A stretch of 64,000 nucleotides of DNA from Gemmatimonadota bacterium (GTDB lineage Bacteria > Gemmatimonadota > Gemmatimonadetes > Gemmatimonadales > GWC2-71-9). Location: positions 69,294-133,293 of the forward strand of contig JBDHBX010000001.1 in NCBI GenBank assembly GCA_039592335.1, written 5' to 3'. Positions within the stretch are counted from its first letter, which is position 1; each line of letters opens with the position of its first letter. Under the pieces are notes generated by a model that saw only the letters and a program-made list of their open reading frames with translations, did not search any database and had not been told where the DNA came from. Positions 17,059-29,956 of this stretch are shown here, piece by piece. The translations under genes and the position numbers were made by a program.

Positions 17059-18225
17059 ATGCTTAGCGTCGGCCTGACAGGAAACATCGGCGCCGGGAAG
17101 AGCACAGTCGCCCGGTGGCTGCGCGAGTGGGGAGCGACGCTCATCGATGCCGACGAGCTCGTACGGGAGGTACAGCTCCCCGGCTCGGACACACTGCGCG
17201 CCATCGCCCGGGAGTTCGGTGACGACATCCTGCAACCCGACGGCTCGCTCGATCGGGAAGTACTGCGGACCAGGGCGATGCGCGACGCCCAGGCGCTCAA
17301 CGCCCTGAACGAGATCGTGCACCCTGCGGTGCAGCAGCGGCGCGCCGAGCGGGCACTTCTCGCGGAGGAACGCGGCGACTGCCTGCTGGTCAACGACATT
17401 CCCCTGCTCTTCGAAGTGCTCGATCCCACCAGCTTCGACGTCGTCATCCTGGTGGACGCGCCGGAGGCGCTGCGACGCGAGCGCATCATGCGGGAGCGCG
17501 GCCTCTCGCAGGAGATCGCCGAGCGCATGATCGCCGCGCAGATGCCTGCGGAAGAGAAGCGCGCCGGTAGCGGCATCGTGCTCGACAACGCCGGAACGCT
17601 GGAGGAGCTCGAGGCTGCCACACGCGCCGCGTGGAGCGCGATCCGCAAGCGCGCCGCCGCAGGGCTGACCACCCAACACGGATCACTCCTGGCCATCGCC
17701 ACGGACCCGCGCGAGGCGGTGCACGCGTTCGGGGGAACGCTCGCGCGCTACGCCGATGCCGGCGTGGAGACGTGGCTGGCGTGTGCGGGGGCCAGCGCGA
17801 CGACAACCGGGGTAGAGCCCCTCGGCCTCAGCGGGACCCTCGCCTTGGGGAGCGCGGCAGGCGCCGTCGAGCCGGGGTCTCTCGTGGGCGCGCTGGCGCG
17901 GGTCATCCGCGAGCGGTCTCCCGACGTGACGATCACCCCCGGACCGACCGGAGACGGCCGGGCGGGACTCTGCGAGATGGCGCGCCGTGCGTGGGACCAG
18001 GCGGACGGACCGGGGATGCTGTTCTGCACCGCGCACACGCAGGCCGGTACCGCGACGCACGCACGCCTCGACGTGCGTCCGTGGCACGACGTGCGGGCCG
18101 CGGCGCTGGCCGCCCTCGGCGAAGCCGATTGGGCCACGGCGTCGGAGGCACCGGACCGCGAGACGTTTGCCGCCGCCGTACCGGCGAAACGGGTCATCGT
18201 AGACCTGTTTCAGGCGGTCGATTGA
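17059..18225 (+). CDS. coaE: Dephospho-CoA kinase fused to a C-terminal degenerate PIG-L/LmbE-like domain
   Basis: N-terminal about 200 aa: VGLTGNIGAGKSTVARWL, IDAD, IVHP. C-terminal about 190 aa: LLAIATDPREAVHAFGGTLARYADAG follows the PIG-L pattern (HPDDE...GGT.a....G), but the catalytic residues are replaced. Confidence 0.8.
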   Translation: MLSVGLTGNIGAGKSTVARWLREWGATLIDADELVREVQLPGSDTLRAIAREFGDDILQPDGSLDREVLRTRAMRDAQALNALNEIVHPAVQQRRAERALLAEERGDCLLVNDIPLLFEVLDPTSFDVVILVDAPEALRRERIMRERGLSQEIAERMIAAQMPAEEKRAGSGIVLDNAGTLEELEAATRAAWSAIRKRAAAGLTTQHGSLLAIATDPREAVHAFGGTLARYADAGVETWLACAGASATTTGVEPLGLSGTLALGSAAGAVEPGSLVGALARVIRERSPDVTITPGPTGDGRAGLCEMARRAWDQADGPGMLFCTAHTQAGTATHARLDVRPWHDVRAAALAALGEADWATASEAPDRETFAAAVPAKRVIVDLFQAVD

Positions 18226-18230
18226 GGCAG

Positions 18231-18259
18231 TTGACATGCCGAGGACGGTCGGATAACCT
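18231..18259 (+). promoter_or_regulatory. Candidate sigma70 promoter of gcvH
   Basis: TTGACA-N17-TAACCT, ending 36 nt before the gcvH ATG. Confidence 0.35.
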
Positions 18260-18294
18260 ACGCCTCGCCACTCCTATCCAATGGCGGAACTCCC

Positions 18295-18684
18295 ATGTCC
18301 GACGTTCCCGAACACCTGCATTACAGCGAAGAACACGAGTACGTGAAGCCGGGTGACGACGACGCCACGTTCCTGGTCGGCATCACCGATTACGCCCAGG
18401 GCGAGCTCGGTGACGTGGTGTATGTGGACCTACCGGAAGTCGGAGCCAAGTTCAGCCAGATGGACGTGTTTGGCACGATCGAGGCGGTCAAGGCCGTCTC
18501 CGAGTTGTTCAGTCCGGTTGCCGGCGAGATCGTGGAGATCAACCAGGCCATCGAGGACGACCCCGCACTGGTGAACCGCGACCCCTATGGCGAGGGCTGG
18601 ATGATCAAGATCCGGATGGACAACCCCGGGGAAGTGAGCCGACTCCTCTCGGCGGCCGATTACAAGCAGCACATTGGAGAGTAG
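18295..18684 (+). CDS. gcvH: Glycine cleavage system H protein
   Basis: GITDYAQGELGDVVYVDLPEVG. Lipoyl-lysine motif IEAVKAVSELFSPVAGEIVEIN. Confidence 0.95.
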   Translation: MSDVPEHLHYSEEHEYVKPGDDDATFLVGITDYAQGELGDVVYVDLPEVGAKFSQMDVFGTIEAVKAVSELFSPVAGEIVEINQAIEDDPALVNRDPYGEGWMIKIRMDNPGEVSRLLSAADYKQHIGE

Positions 18685-18721
18685 CCGGGACGGGGACCCG
18701 GCAGCGAACCGTTCAACGACA

Positions 18722-18746
18722 CGCCCTGGGATCCCCCGGGGCGTTT
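18722..18746 (+). terminator. Hairpin plus TTT between gcvH and gcvP; possible partial terminator or attenuator
   Basis: CGCCCUGGG-AUCC-CCCGGGGCG, a 9-bp stem (one G.U pair) followed by TTT. It lies 38 nt after the gcvH stop. Confidence 0.35.
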
Positions 18747-18768
18747 GCACGCATAGGGTTGTGACACG

Positions 18769-21659
<2,891 letters not shown>

Positions 21660-21663
<4 letters not shown>

Positions 21664-22418
21664 CGACGTGGCACCTCATCGTTGAGGCGACGGGCCGCCC
21701 CGGCGCCGAGAACATGGGGATCGACGCCGCGCTCCTCCGAGAGGCTCGGGGGGGCGCGGCGTTTCTGCGCCTGTACCGCTGGGCACCCCCATGCCTTTCC
21801 TTCGGCCGCAACGAGCCGGCGCGCACGCGTTATGACCGTGCCGCCATCGAACGACTCGGTCTGGACCTGGTACGCCGCCCGACCGGCGGACGGGCCGTGT
21901 GGCACGAGCAGGAAGTCACGTACGCGGTCGCCGGACCCGCCGCTATGTTCGGTTCGCTCGGGGAGGCGTACATTAGGGTCCACACGCTGCTGGCAGCGGC
22001 CCTGCGACGCCTCGACGTCCCGGCCGAGTTGGCCGAGCGGCCCAGCGGACGGATCGTGGAACCCGCAGGGGGTGCTTGCTTCGCGGCGCCCGTGGGCGGG
22101 GAGATCGTCGCGGGCGGTCGCAAGCTGGTGGGCAGCGCCCAGATCCGCGAGCGTGGCGCATTCCTGCAGCACGGCTCGATCCTGCTCGAGGATGGCCAGG
22201 ATCTCGTCACCCGCGTGACGCGCGGTGCGGTCACGACGCCCGCGGCGACGTCGCTGAGCCGGCTGTTGGGACGCCGCGTGGCGTTCCGGGAGGTATCCGA
22301 TGTGATCGCCGCCGAGGCGAGAGCCACGTGGACGGGTTCGTGGCAGGATCACAAGGCGGGATGCACGGGCGAGGACATCGCGTACTTCGCAGATACGAAA
22401 TGGACATGGCGGCGCTGA
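21660..22418 (+). CDS. Lipoate-protein ligase family protein, catalytic domain only, LipM/LipL-like
   Basis: ATG at 21660 overlaps the gcvP stop (ATGA). [49 protein letters not shown], i.e. a Cys-containing CF...E...GxK..GSAQ block. Confidence 0.8.
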
Positions 22419-22459
22419 GCCACCGCGCACGACACGACGACACGGGAGCGACCGACACG

Positions 22460-24115
22460 ATGAGTTCACGCACCGCTGCAGTGCTCGGGGGAATGGCGAT
22501 CGTCCTCGCCGTCAACACGTCCTGCGCGCCGGAGGCGACCTGCCCCGGTGACTGGTGCGGTACGGCCGTCGTCGTGTCAGCTGCCGAGGCCGACGTGCTG
22601 CTCCCCGTTGTATCCACCATGGACATCGGCATCGCGATCGGCGACTTCATCTACCTGCGGCTCGCCGACATCGGTCCCGAGTTGAATCTGGTAGATCCCA
22701 CCACATTCGTGCCGCAGCTCGCGCACTCGTGGAACGTGGAGGATCCACGCACGGTCGTGTTCACGCTGCACCCGGAGGCGCGGTGGCACGACGGCACTGC
22801 CGTCACGGCCGACGACGTCGCCTTCACGTTCGATGTGTACCGCGACACCTTGGTGGGTTCCCCCTACGCACCGCGCCTGTCGCAGGTCGCATCGGTGAAC
22901 CCGCGGGACGTTCACACGGTGGCGTTCCACTTCCGGCAGCAGTACGCCGAGATGTTCTTCGACGCGGTGTACCACATGCGGATCCTGCCACGACACCTGT
23001 TGGACACGGTACCGCGCGCCCAGTTGGCAGCGCACCCGATCGGGCGCAAACCGGTTGGCAGCGGGCCGTACCGCTTCGTACGCTGGAACGCCGGACAGTC
23101 GATCGAGCTCGCGGGCGACTCGACGTTCTTCCTCGGCCGCCCGGGCATCCCGCGCATCATCTGGCGGTTCAGTGCCGACGTGGGCACCGCGGTCGCCCAG
23201 TTTCTCGCCGGGGAAGCCGACGTCGTCAACTTCGTTCCCACCGAGATGCAGCCGCAGATCGCGGAAAACGATGATCTTCGAGCCATCCCGTGGACACCGT
23301 CCACGTTCTATTCCTACGTGCAATTCAACTTCCGCGACCCCGACAATCTCGATCGGCCGCACCCGCTGTTTGGCGACCGAGCCATGCGCGAGGCGATCGC
23401 CATGGCCGTGAACCGTGAGGAGCTGGTGCGAGCCGTGTTCGGCGACCAGGGAATCGTGGCCAAGGGCCCGATGGCGCCGGCCCATTACATCTGGGACGAG
23501 GAGTTCGTGCAGGTGCCGTTCGACACCGCGCGGGCCCGGGCACAGCTGGCAGAACTGGGATGGCACGACAGCGACGGCGATGGCATGCTCGACCGCGCCG
23601 GAGACGCGCTCGAATTCAACCTGCTCTTTCCGACCAGCAGTGCCGTACGGGCCCGCCAGGCGGAGATCATCCAGGAGCAGCTGCGGCGGATCGGCATCAC
23701 CATGACGCTGACGGGGCTCGACTTCGGCGCCTTTATCGAGCGTGGTGGAGCCCACCGCTTCGACACATACTTCGGCTCGTACGGCGGCGACTTCAGCCCT
23801 TCCACGATCCCCGAGGTGTGGACCACGGACGCGGGCAACAATCACGGCTCGTACGGCAACCCGCGGTTCGACCGCATTGTACAGCAGGCGTTGGACGCTC
23901 CGGACATGGCAACCGCGCGGGCGCGGTGGGTAACGGCCGTCAACCTGCTCAATGGAGACGTTCCAGCCGTCTGGACCACCGCGTCACCGCCGAACGCCGG
24001 CGTGCACGCCCGCTTCGAGAACGTGTCGGTGCGTAGCGACAACTTTGTGGCGACGCTATGGCAATGGTACGTCCCGGCGTCCAAGCTCATCGATCGCGAT
24101 CGCTACACGAACTAG
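22460..24115 (+). CDS. ABC transporter substrate-binding protein, family 5 (peptide/nickel, Opp/Dpp-type)
   Basis: ATG at 22460 with N-terminal signal MSSRTAAVLGGMAIVLAVNTSC. SBP_bac_5-like body (GSGPYRFVRWNAGQSIEL, NPRFD). Confidence 0.85.
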   Translation: MSSRTAAVLGGMAIVLAVNTSCAPEATCPGDWCGTAVVVSAAEADVLLPVVSTMDIGIAIGDFIYLRLADIGPELNLVDPTTFVPQLAHSWNVEDPRTVVFTLHPEARWHDGTAVTADDVAFTFDVYRDTLVGSPYAPRLSQVASVNPRDVHTVAFHFRQQYAEMFFDAVYHMRILPRHLLDTVPRAQLAAHPIGRKPVGSGPYRFVRWNAGQSIELAGDSTFFLGRPGIPRIIWRFSADVGTAVAQFLAGEADVVNFVPTEMQPQIAENDDLRAIPWTPSTFYSYVQFNFRDPDNLDRPHPLFGDRAMREAIAMAVNREELVRAVFGDQGIVAKGPMAPAHYIWDEEFVQVPFDTARARAQLAELGWHDSDGDGMLDRAGDALEFNLLFPTSSAVRARQAEIIQEQLRRIGITMTLTGLDFGAFIERGGAHRFDTYFGSYGGDFSPSTIPEVWTTDAGNNHGSYGNPRFDRIVQQALDAPDMATARARWVTAVNLLNGDVPAVWTTASPPNAGVHARFENVSVRSDNFVATLWQWYVPASKLIDRDRYTN

Positions 24116-24155
24116 CGTTCCCCGTTTCCTCACGGTCCGGCTGGCGCATGCCGCC

Positions 24156-25091
24156 GTGATCGTGTTCCTGGTCGCCACGCTGACCTTCGTCCTGCTGCAC
24201 GTGGCGCCCGGCGATCCGTTCACACGCGCCAGTGATGCCACGCTGGTTCCCCAGGAAGTGATTCAACAACAGCGCCGCAACTTCGGCCTCGATCAGCCCA
24301 TCTACGTACAGTACCGCCGCTACCTCACGAACCTCGCGCGCGGCGACTTCGGCTACTCGTTCCGCGAGCACCGGCCGGCAGCGGCGGCGATCGTCGAGCG
24401 CATCCCCAACACCCTGCTCCTGGCTGCCGTGGCCCTCGTCATTGCATTCGCGCTCGGGGTGTTCGTCGGTGCAGTGCAGGCGACGCGCCGTGGCTCGGCC
24501 GCGGACGATCTGCTGTCTCTCTTGTCGCTCACACTCTACTCCATGCCAGTGTTCTGGCTCGGTGTGATGCTGCTGTTGCTGTTTGGCGTGGCACTCGACT
24601 GGTTCCCGGTCGGCGGGGTGGTGGACGACACCATCTACCCGTACCTCTCGCCCCTCGGTCGGGTATGGGACCGAGTGCAGCACCTCATGCTGCCGGCCGT
24701 CACGCTGGGCGTGGTGGGCGCCGCGGTCACGGCCCGGTATCAGCGGGCCGCGATGCTCGACGTGGTGGGTCAGGACTTCATTCGCACCGCGCGTGCCAAA
24801 GGCTTGCAGGAGCGAGCCGTATTCTTCAAGCACGCCCTGCGCAATGCGCTGCTGCCGGTCATCACGCTGTTCGGTCTCTCCTTCCCGTTGCTGCTCTCGG
24901 GCTCCGTTCTCGTGGAGACCGTGTTCGCCTGGCCGGGCATCGGGAAGCTGGCCGTGGATGCCATTCACGGACGCGACTACGCCGTGGTAACGGCCGTGGC
25001 GATCATCGCGGCGATCATGGTGGTGGTGGGCAATCTGCTGGCCGACGTGCTCTACCGGGTGGTGGACCCCCGTACGCGGGAGGCGCAGTGA
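24156..25091 (+). CDS. ABC transporter permease (OppB/DppB-like); start uncertain
   Basis: LLHVAPGDPF N-terminal signature and an EAA-loop region. The first canonical start after the SBP stop is GTG at 24156. Homology (RFLTVRLAHAAV) extends to about 24117, where no ATG/GTG/TTG is present. Confidence 0.75.
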   Translation: MIVFLVATLTFVLLHVAPGDPFTRASDATLVPQEVIQQQRRNFGLDQPIYVQYRRYLTNLARGDFGYSFREHRPAAAAIVERIPNTLLLAAVALVIAFALGVFVGAVQATRRGSAADDLLSLLSLTLYSMPVFWLGVMLLLLFGVALDWFPVGGVVDDTIYPYLSPLGRVWDRVQHLMLPAVTLGVVGAAVTARYQRAAMLDVVGQDFIRTARAKGLQERAVFFKHALRNALLPVITLFGLSFPLLLSGSVLVETVFAWPGIGKLAVDAIHGRDYAVVTAVAIIAAIMVVVGNLLADVLYRVVDPRTREAQ

Positions 25092-25924
25092 GAGCGCTGC
25101 TGCGGGGGCTCTGGCAGCAACGGCGAGCCCGTTACGGCCTGGCCCTCGTGCTCGCGCTATGCGGACTGGCCGTGCTCGCCCCGTGGCTCGCGCCGCACGA
25201 CCCCGTATCGCAACTCGATCTGGCACGAGGCCAGTACCTCGCGCCGTCGATGCTGCATCCGTTCGGCACGGACTTCTTCAGCCGTGACCTGTTGAGCCGA
25301 GTGCTGTACGGCGCGCGCATCTCCCTCAGCATCGCGTTCCTTTCGGTCTTCCTCTCGGTCACGGTGGGGACTGCGGTGGGCATGACGGCGGGCCTTGCGG
25401 GCGGCGCGGTGGACGCCGTGCTGATGCGTGGGGTCGACGCGGCGTTGGCCGTGCCCCGCGTGTTCCTGCTGCTCGTAGTGGTCGCGCTGTGGGACAACGT
25501 GGGCGTCGCCGGCTTGATCGCCGTCCTTGGGTTCACCAACTGGTTCGACACGAGCCGCATCGTCAGAGCCGAGGTGCTGAGCATCAAGCACCGCACTTAC
25601 GTCACTGCAGCGCAGGCGCTCGGCGTCGGGCCGCGACGGCTCGCCGTGCGACACCTCTTGCCCAACGTGGCGGCACCGGTCATCGTCACGGCAACTCTCG
25701 GCATCGGGCAAATCATCTTGATCGAAGCGGGCCTGTCCTACCTGGGCGTGGGTGTGCCGCCCCCGACCCCCTCGTGGGGATCGATCATTCAGGAGGGTCA
25801 GCAGGCGCTGGCCGTGGCACCGTGGGTCGCCACCTTCCCCGGAATCGCCATCGTGGTAACCGTCGTGGGATTCAGCCTCCTGGGCGACGGCCTGCGTGAC
25901 GCCCTCGACCCGACGACCCGATGA
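25088..25924 (+). CDS. ABC transporter permease (OppC/DppC-like)
   Basis: GTG at 25088 overlaps the upstream stop (GTGA). HPFGTDFFSRDLLSRVLYGARISL and multiple TM segments. Confidence 0.85.
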   Translation: MRALLRGLWQQRRARYGLALVLALCGLAVLAPWLAPHDPVSQLDLARGQYLAPSMLHPFGTDFFSRDLLSRVLYGARISLSIAFLSVFLSVTVGTAVGMTAGLAGGAVDAVLMRGVDAALAVPRVFLLLVVVALWDNVGVAGLIAVLGFTNWFDTSRIVRAEVLSIKHRTYVTAAQALGVGPRRLAVRHLLPNVAAPVIVTATLGIGQIILIEAGLSYLGVGVPPPTPSWGSIIQEGQQALAVAPWVATFPGIAIVVTVVGFSLLGDGLRDALDPTTR

Positions 25925-26910
25925 AGCCACTCCTCCAGGTGCGTGGCCTGCGCACGAGCTTTAAGTCCGGCAAGACCGTGGCGCGCGCCGTGGATGACGT
26001 GTCGTTCGATCTCCTCCCGGGAGAGACGCTGGGTATCGTGGGTGAATCGGGCAGCGGCAAGACCGTGACGGCCCTCTCGCTGTTGCGGCTGGTCCAGACG
26101 CCGCCGGGGCACATCGCGAAGGAGAGCGTGGTGGAGTACGACGGGGTGAATCTCCTCGAGCTCCCCGCCAAGGAGATGCGCCGCGTACGCGGCGCGGAGA
26201 TCGCGATGATCTTCCAGGAACCCACGACGAGTCTCAACCCGGTGCTCACTGTCGGGTCGCAGATCGCCGAGACCTTGCGGGCACATCGCGTGATCTCCCG
26301 ACGCAACGCGGCGGCACGAACCATCGGGATGCTGCGGCGCGTCGGCATTCCGGAATCCGAGATCCGCGCGCGGCACTACCCACACCAGATGAGCGGTGGC
26401 ATGCAGCAGCGCGTGATGATCGCCATGGCGCTGGCATGCGAACCCAAGATCCTCATCGCCGACGAGCCCACGACGGCGCTCGACGTGACGATCCAGGCGC
26501 AGATCCTGCAGCTGCTGGCCGACCTCAAGCGGCAGCTCGGGATGGCGATGATCCTGATCTCTCACGACCTGGGCCTCGTGGCCGGCATCGCCGACCGCAT
26601 CGCAGTCATGTATGGCGGTCAGATCATCGAGGAAGGACCGACGGCGGCCCTGTTCGCGCAGCCGGCGCACCCATACACCGAGGCGCTGCTGCAGGCCGCT
26701 CCCAGGCTGGATGCCCCCACGAAGCGGTTGCCGGTGATTCCCGGTGCGGTTCCACCCGCGACCCGGTGGCCCGCCGGGTGTCGCTTCAACCCGCGCTGCC
26801 GCCACGTGTGGGACCGGTGCACCGCCGAGGTGCCGCCGCCGCTCGCCATGCCCACAGAGCAGCACGCCCGGTGTTGGCTGGTGGACGAGCCCGTGCGGAG
26901 GAAGCCATGA
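25921..26910 (+). CDS. ABC transporter ATP-binding protein (OppD/DppD-like)
   Basis: [35 protein letters not shown], and a C-terminal oligopeptide-type extension. Confidence 0.9.
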   Translation: MKPLLQVRGLRTSFKSGKTVARAVDDVSFDLLPGETLGIVGESGSGKTVTALSLLRLVQTPPGHIAKESVVEYDGVNLLELPAKEMRRVRGAEIAMIFQEPTTSLNPVLTVGSQIAETLRAHRVISRRNAAARTIGMLRRVGIPESEIRARHYPHQMSGGMQQRVMIAMALACEPKILIADEPTTALDVTIQAQILQLLADLKRQLGMAMILISHDLGLVAGIADRIAVMYGGQIIEEGPTAALFAQPAHPYTEALLQAAPRLDAPTKRLPVIPGAVPPATRWPAGCRFNPRCRHVWDRCTAEVPPPLAMPTEQHARCWLVDEPVRRKP

Positions 26911-27902
26911 CCGCCGGCGCCCCTTTGGTCGAGGTCGAGCACCTCGTGGTGGAGTTCCGCTCGGGCGGCGGCCTCCTCCAGCCACCTCACACCGTGCGCG
27001 CGGTGGACGGCGTCAGCATGAACGTGGCGCGGGGGGAGACGCTGGGGCTGGTGGGAGAGAGTGGCAGCGGCAAGACGACTCTGGGGCGCGCGATCCTGCG
27101 GCTCGTTGCTGCGAGCGCGGGCACTGTGCGGTTCGACGGCATGGATGTCTTCCGACTCGACCCAGCCGCCCTACGCGGGCTGCGCCGCCAGATGCAGATC
27201 GTGTTCCAGGATCCCTACGGCTCGCTCAACCCGCGCATGACCGTCGGCGCGGCCGTGCGGGAACCGATCACCGTGCATCGCCTGGCGCGCGGTGCCGAGG
27301 CGGATGCACGAGTGGCGGCGCTGTTCAAAGAGGTCGGACTCGATCACGGCTACGTGTCCGCCTACCCACACGAGCTGTCGGGCGGGCAGCGGCAGCGGGT
27401 CGGGATCGCCCGAGCGCTGTCGGTGGGCCCCGAGTTCGTCGTGCTCGACGAGCCCGTCTCGGCGCTCGATGTCTCGGTGCAGGCCCAAGTGCTGAACCTG
27501 CTGGCCGATCTGCGCGACCGGCACGGGCTCACCTACTTGTTCATCGCACACGACCTCGCCGTGGTGCGGCACCTCGCGACCCGTGTGGCCGTCATGTACC
27601 TGGGCAAGCTGGTGGAGGTCGCGCCGGCCGAGGCGCTGTACGCGAATCCGCTCCATCCCTACACCGTATCGCTCCTCGCCGCGGTGCCGGCACCCGAGCC
27701 CACGTCGCGGCGTACGCCCCTGGCCGTCGTCGGCGAAGCGACCGCTGCCGCCAAGCCACTCACCGGCTGCCCGTTCGAGCCGCGCTGTCCACATCCCAAG
27801 AAGGACGACCGCTGTCGCGCGGAGGCCCCAGCGTGGCACAAGGTCGAGGCGGGACGCTGGGTGGCCTGCCACCACGTCGAAGAGCCGTTGCGGCCGGAGT
27901 GA
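26907..27902 (+). CDS. ABC transporter ATP-binding protein (OppF/DppF-like)
   Basis: ATG at 26907 overlaps the upstream stop (ATGA). [38 protein letters not shown]. Confidence 0.9.
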   Translation: MTAGAPLVEVEHLVVEFRSGGGLLQPPHTVRAVDGVSMNVARGETLGLVGESGSGKTTLGRAILRLVAASAGTVRFDGMDVFRLDPAALRGLRRQMQIVFQDPYGSLNPRMTVGAAVREPITVHRLARGAEADARVAALFKEVGLDHGYVSAYPHELSGGQRQRVGIARALSVGPEFVVLDEPVSALDVSVQAQVLNLLADLRDRHGLTYLFIAHDLAVVRHLATRVAVMYLGKLVEVAPAEALYANPLHPYTVSLLAAVPAPEPTSRRTPLAVVGEATAAAKPLTGCPFEPRCPHPKKDDRCRAEAPAWHKVEAGRWVACHHVEEPLRPE

Positions 27903-27960
27903 CGCGTCCGCATCTTACCGCCACTTTGCCGGCCACCTGTCCCCACTCCGCGGAGATCGC

Positions 27961-29466
27961 ATGACGTTCCTTCTGGCCGTCGTCCTCGCCTACCCCCTGA
28001 TCCTCGTGGGGATCAGTCTGTGGCGCTCGCGCAAGGTGAAGAGCCACGCCGACTTCATGGTGGCGGGCCGGTCTGTCCCCGTGTTGCTGCTGGTAGGCAC
28101 ACTGGTCTGTACCTGGATCGGCTCGGGCTCGCTGTTCGGCGGGGCGGGACTCGCGTACCGGACGGGCATCGCGGAACTGTGGTTCTCGTTCGGGGCGTGG
28201 GTCGGACTCATCGTGGCCTACTTCATCGCCGGGAAGGTGCGGCGCATCGCGGAGTACACCGTTCCCGACCTGCTGGAGAAGCGGTACAACGCGGCGGCCA
28301 GGTTGTTGGGCACGCTGGCCATCATTCTGGCGTATGTCACGATCGCCGCCTATCAGTTTCGCGGCGGCGGCTGGATCCTCTCCATCGTGAGTGACGGCGC
28401 GATCAGTCCCACGACCGGCATGTACATCACGGCGGCCACCATCGTCATCTTCACGATGCTGGCCGGCATGATGTCCATCGTCACCGTGGACATCTTCAAC
28501 GGCATCATCATCACGCTCGGGATCCTGTTCACCCTGCCCTACATGGTGTTCCAGGTGGGAGGGGTGAGCGAGGTATTGGCGCGGCTGCCGGAGAACTTCA
28601 CGTCGCCGACAGGGGGCCACAATCTGCTGTGGGTGATCGGCGTCTCGTTGCCCACCTTCCTCCTGCTGCTGGGCGAGAGCGGGATGTACCAGAAGTTCTT
28701 CTCGGCCAGGGATGCCAACGCCGCGCGCCGGGCCGTCATCGGGATGGTGCTGGGCGTGGTGGTCATCGAGACCGCGCTCGCGCTCGTGGCCATCGTGGGC
28801 CGCGCCGCCTACCCGGATCTCATGGAGCAAACCTCCATCGTGGGCCGGGCGGCCTCGGAGACGATCATCCTCTATATCGCGCGGCACGGCCTCCCGCTGC
28901 TGGGCGGCGCGATTCTCCTGGCGGCCGGCGTCGCGATCGTGCTCTCCACCGGGAACACCTTCCTGCTCGTACCGTCGACCAATACGAGCCGCGACATCTA
29001 CGAGCGGTTCGTGAACCCGCAGGCGACGGAGAAGCAGAAGCTCACCGTGCAGCGGGCGTCCATCATGGCGTTTGGGATCATCGGCATTTTCCTGCTCACG
29101 CAGTTCCAGACCGTGCTCTCGATGGCGCTGTACGCCTACTCGCTGGTCGGGGCAAGTCTCACCCCGGCACTCCTGGCCGCCTTCCTGTGGAAACGGGTGA
29201 CGCCGCAGGGCGGCGTCGCCTGCATCGCAGGCGGCATGGGCACGATCATGAGCATCGGCGTGCTGAGCCGGCTGGGCGTTGGCTTCACCGCCAGCATCGC
29301 CGGTACCGAGTTCGACTTCGCGTCGAGCGAGTACATCGTGATTCCAGGCGTGCTGATCTCGATCGGGCTCCTCGTGCTGGTGAGCCTGCTGACGAAGCCC
29401 TCGCCCGAGGAGCAGTGGCGGCCGTTCTTCGCGGCGGAAGATGCCGAGACTAGCGCCGCGGCATAA
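27961..29466 (+). CDS. Sodium:solute symporter (SSF) family transporter
   Basis: ATG at 27961. FMVAGRSVP...TWIGSGSLFGGAG. About 13 hydrophobic segments. The upstream 126 codons of the track ORF overlap the ATPase gene. Confidence 0.85.
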   Translation: MTFLLAVVLAYPLILVGISLWRSRKVKSHADFMVAGRSVPVLLLVGTLVCTWIGSGSLFGGAGLAYRTGIAELWFSFGAWVGLIVAYFIAGKVRRIAEYTVPDLLEKRYNAAARLLGTLAIILAYVTIAAYQFRGGGWILSIVSDGAISPTTGMYITAATIVIFTMLAGMMSIVTVDIFNGIIITLGILFTLPYMVFQVGGVSEVLARLPENFTSPTGGHNLLWVIGVSLPTFLLLLGESGMYQKFFSARDANAARRAVIGMVLGVVVIETALALVAIVGRAAYPDLMEQTSIVGRAASETIILYIARHGLPLLGGAILLAAGVAIVLSTGNTFLLVPSTNTSRDIYERFVNPQATEKQKLTVQRASIMAFGIIGIFLLTQFQTVLSMALYAYSLVGASLTPALLAAFLWKRVTPQGGVACIAGGMGTIMSIGVLSRLGVGFTASIAGTEFDFASSEYIVIPGVLISIGLLVLVSLLTKPSPEEQWRPFFAAEDAETSAAA

Positions 29467-29488
29467 GACAGAGATCGACTGCACATGC

Positions 29489-29518
29489 GAAAGGCGACGG
29501 AACAATCCGTCGCCTTTC
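29489..29518. terminator. Bidirectional intrinsic terminator
   Basis: Perfect 12-bp stem GAAAGGCGACGG / CCGTCGCCTTTC with loop AACAAT. The stem is A-rich on the 5' side and T-rich on the 3' side. It lies between convergent genes. Confidence 0.6.
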
Positions 29519-29549
29519 TTCTGGGCCCGAGGTCGGTGGCGGCGCCGTC

Positions 29550-29948
29550 CTACTCGAACAGCTCCGGTTGACTCTCCCCCGCCTCGCTCTCCACCTTGAT
29601 CAGCGTCTTCACGCGCCGCGTCCAGGCGTGCACGTCGAAGTGCGCCTCCGTCGCCAGCATGCGCCTGAGCACGTCGGGCACGTCCTCCAGGGAGTCGAGC
29701 AGGTCGCCCATGATCTCACGGGCCTCCCGCATGCGGAACTGCTCCTCCCCGGCAAACGCCATGTCCCGCAGGATGGCGCTCTCGCTGCGCGAGGCGACCA
29801 TGGGCTCTTCGAGCGTCGCCGTGAAGACCTCCGTGCGGCGCCCCGGTCCGCGATCGTCCCCCTCGATCGGCCGCAACCCGACGATGGCGTCCGACCGCCA
29901 GTACTTCCCATACCCCAGATAGACCATCCTGCCCGGTTTGATGTCCAC
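29550..29948 (-). CDS. Hypothetical protein, N-terminal RemA/DUF370-like segment (tentative)
   Basis: MVYLGYGKYWRSDAIVGLRPIE...GPGRRTEVF...MVASRSESAILRDM resembles RemA (IGFGN..SANRI.AIVSPES...YGRRTRAV...ILSAVQPETV). It has an acidic C-terminal extension. Confidence 0.4.
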   Translation of the reverse strand: MDIKPGRMVYLGYGKYWRSDAIVGLRPIEGDDRGPGRRTEVFTATLEEPMVASRSESAILRDMAFAGEEQFRMREAREIMGDLLDSLEDVPDVLRRMLATEAHFDVHAWTRRVKTLIKVESEAGESQPELFE

Positions 29949-29956
29949 GATGCGCC

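Noticed and set aside
18226-18294. Glycine riboswitch upstream of gcvH
   Set aside because: The spacer is only 69 nt and is mostly occupied by a promoter-like element. There is no room for a single or tandem glycine aptamer, and I saw no conserved aptamer core.
27760-29505. 581-aa ORF antisense to the sodium:solute symporter
   Set aside because: It is Arg/His/Asp/Gly-rich with no hydrophobic pattern or motif. The plus strand encodes a coherent 13-TM transporter.
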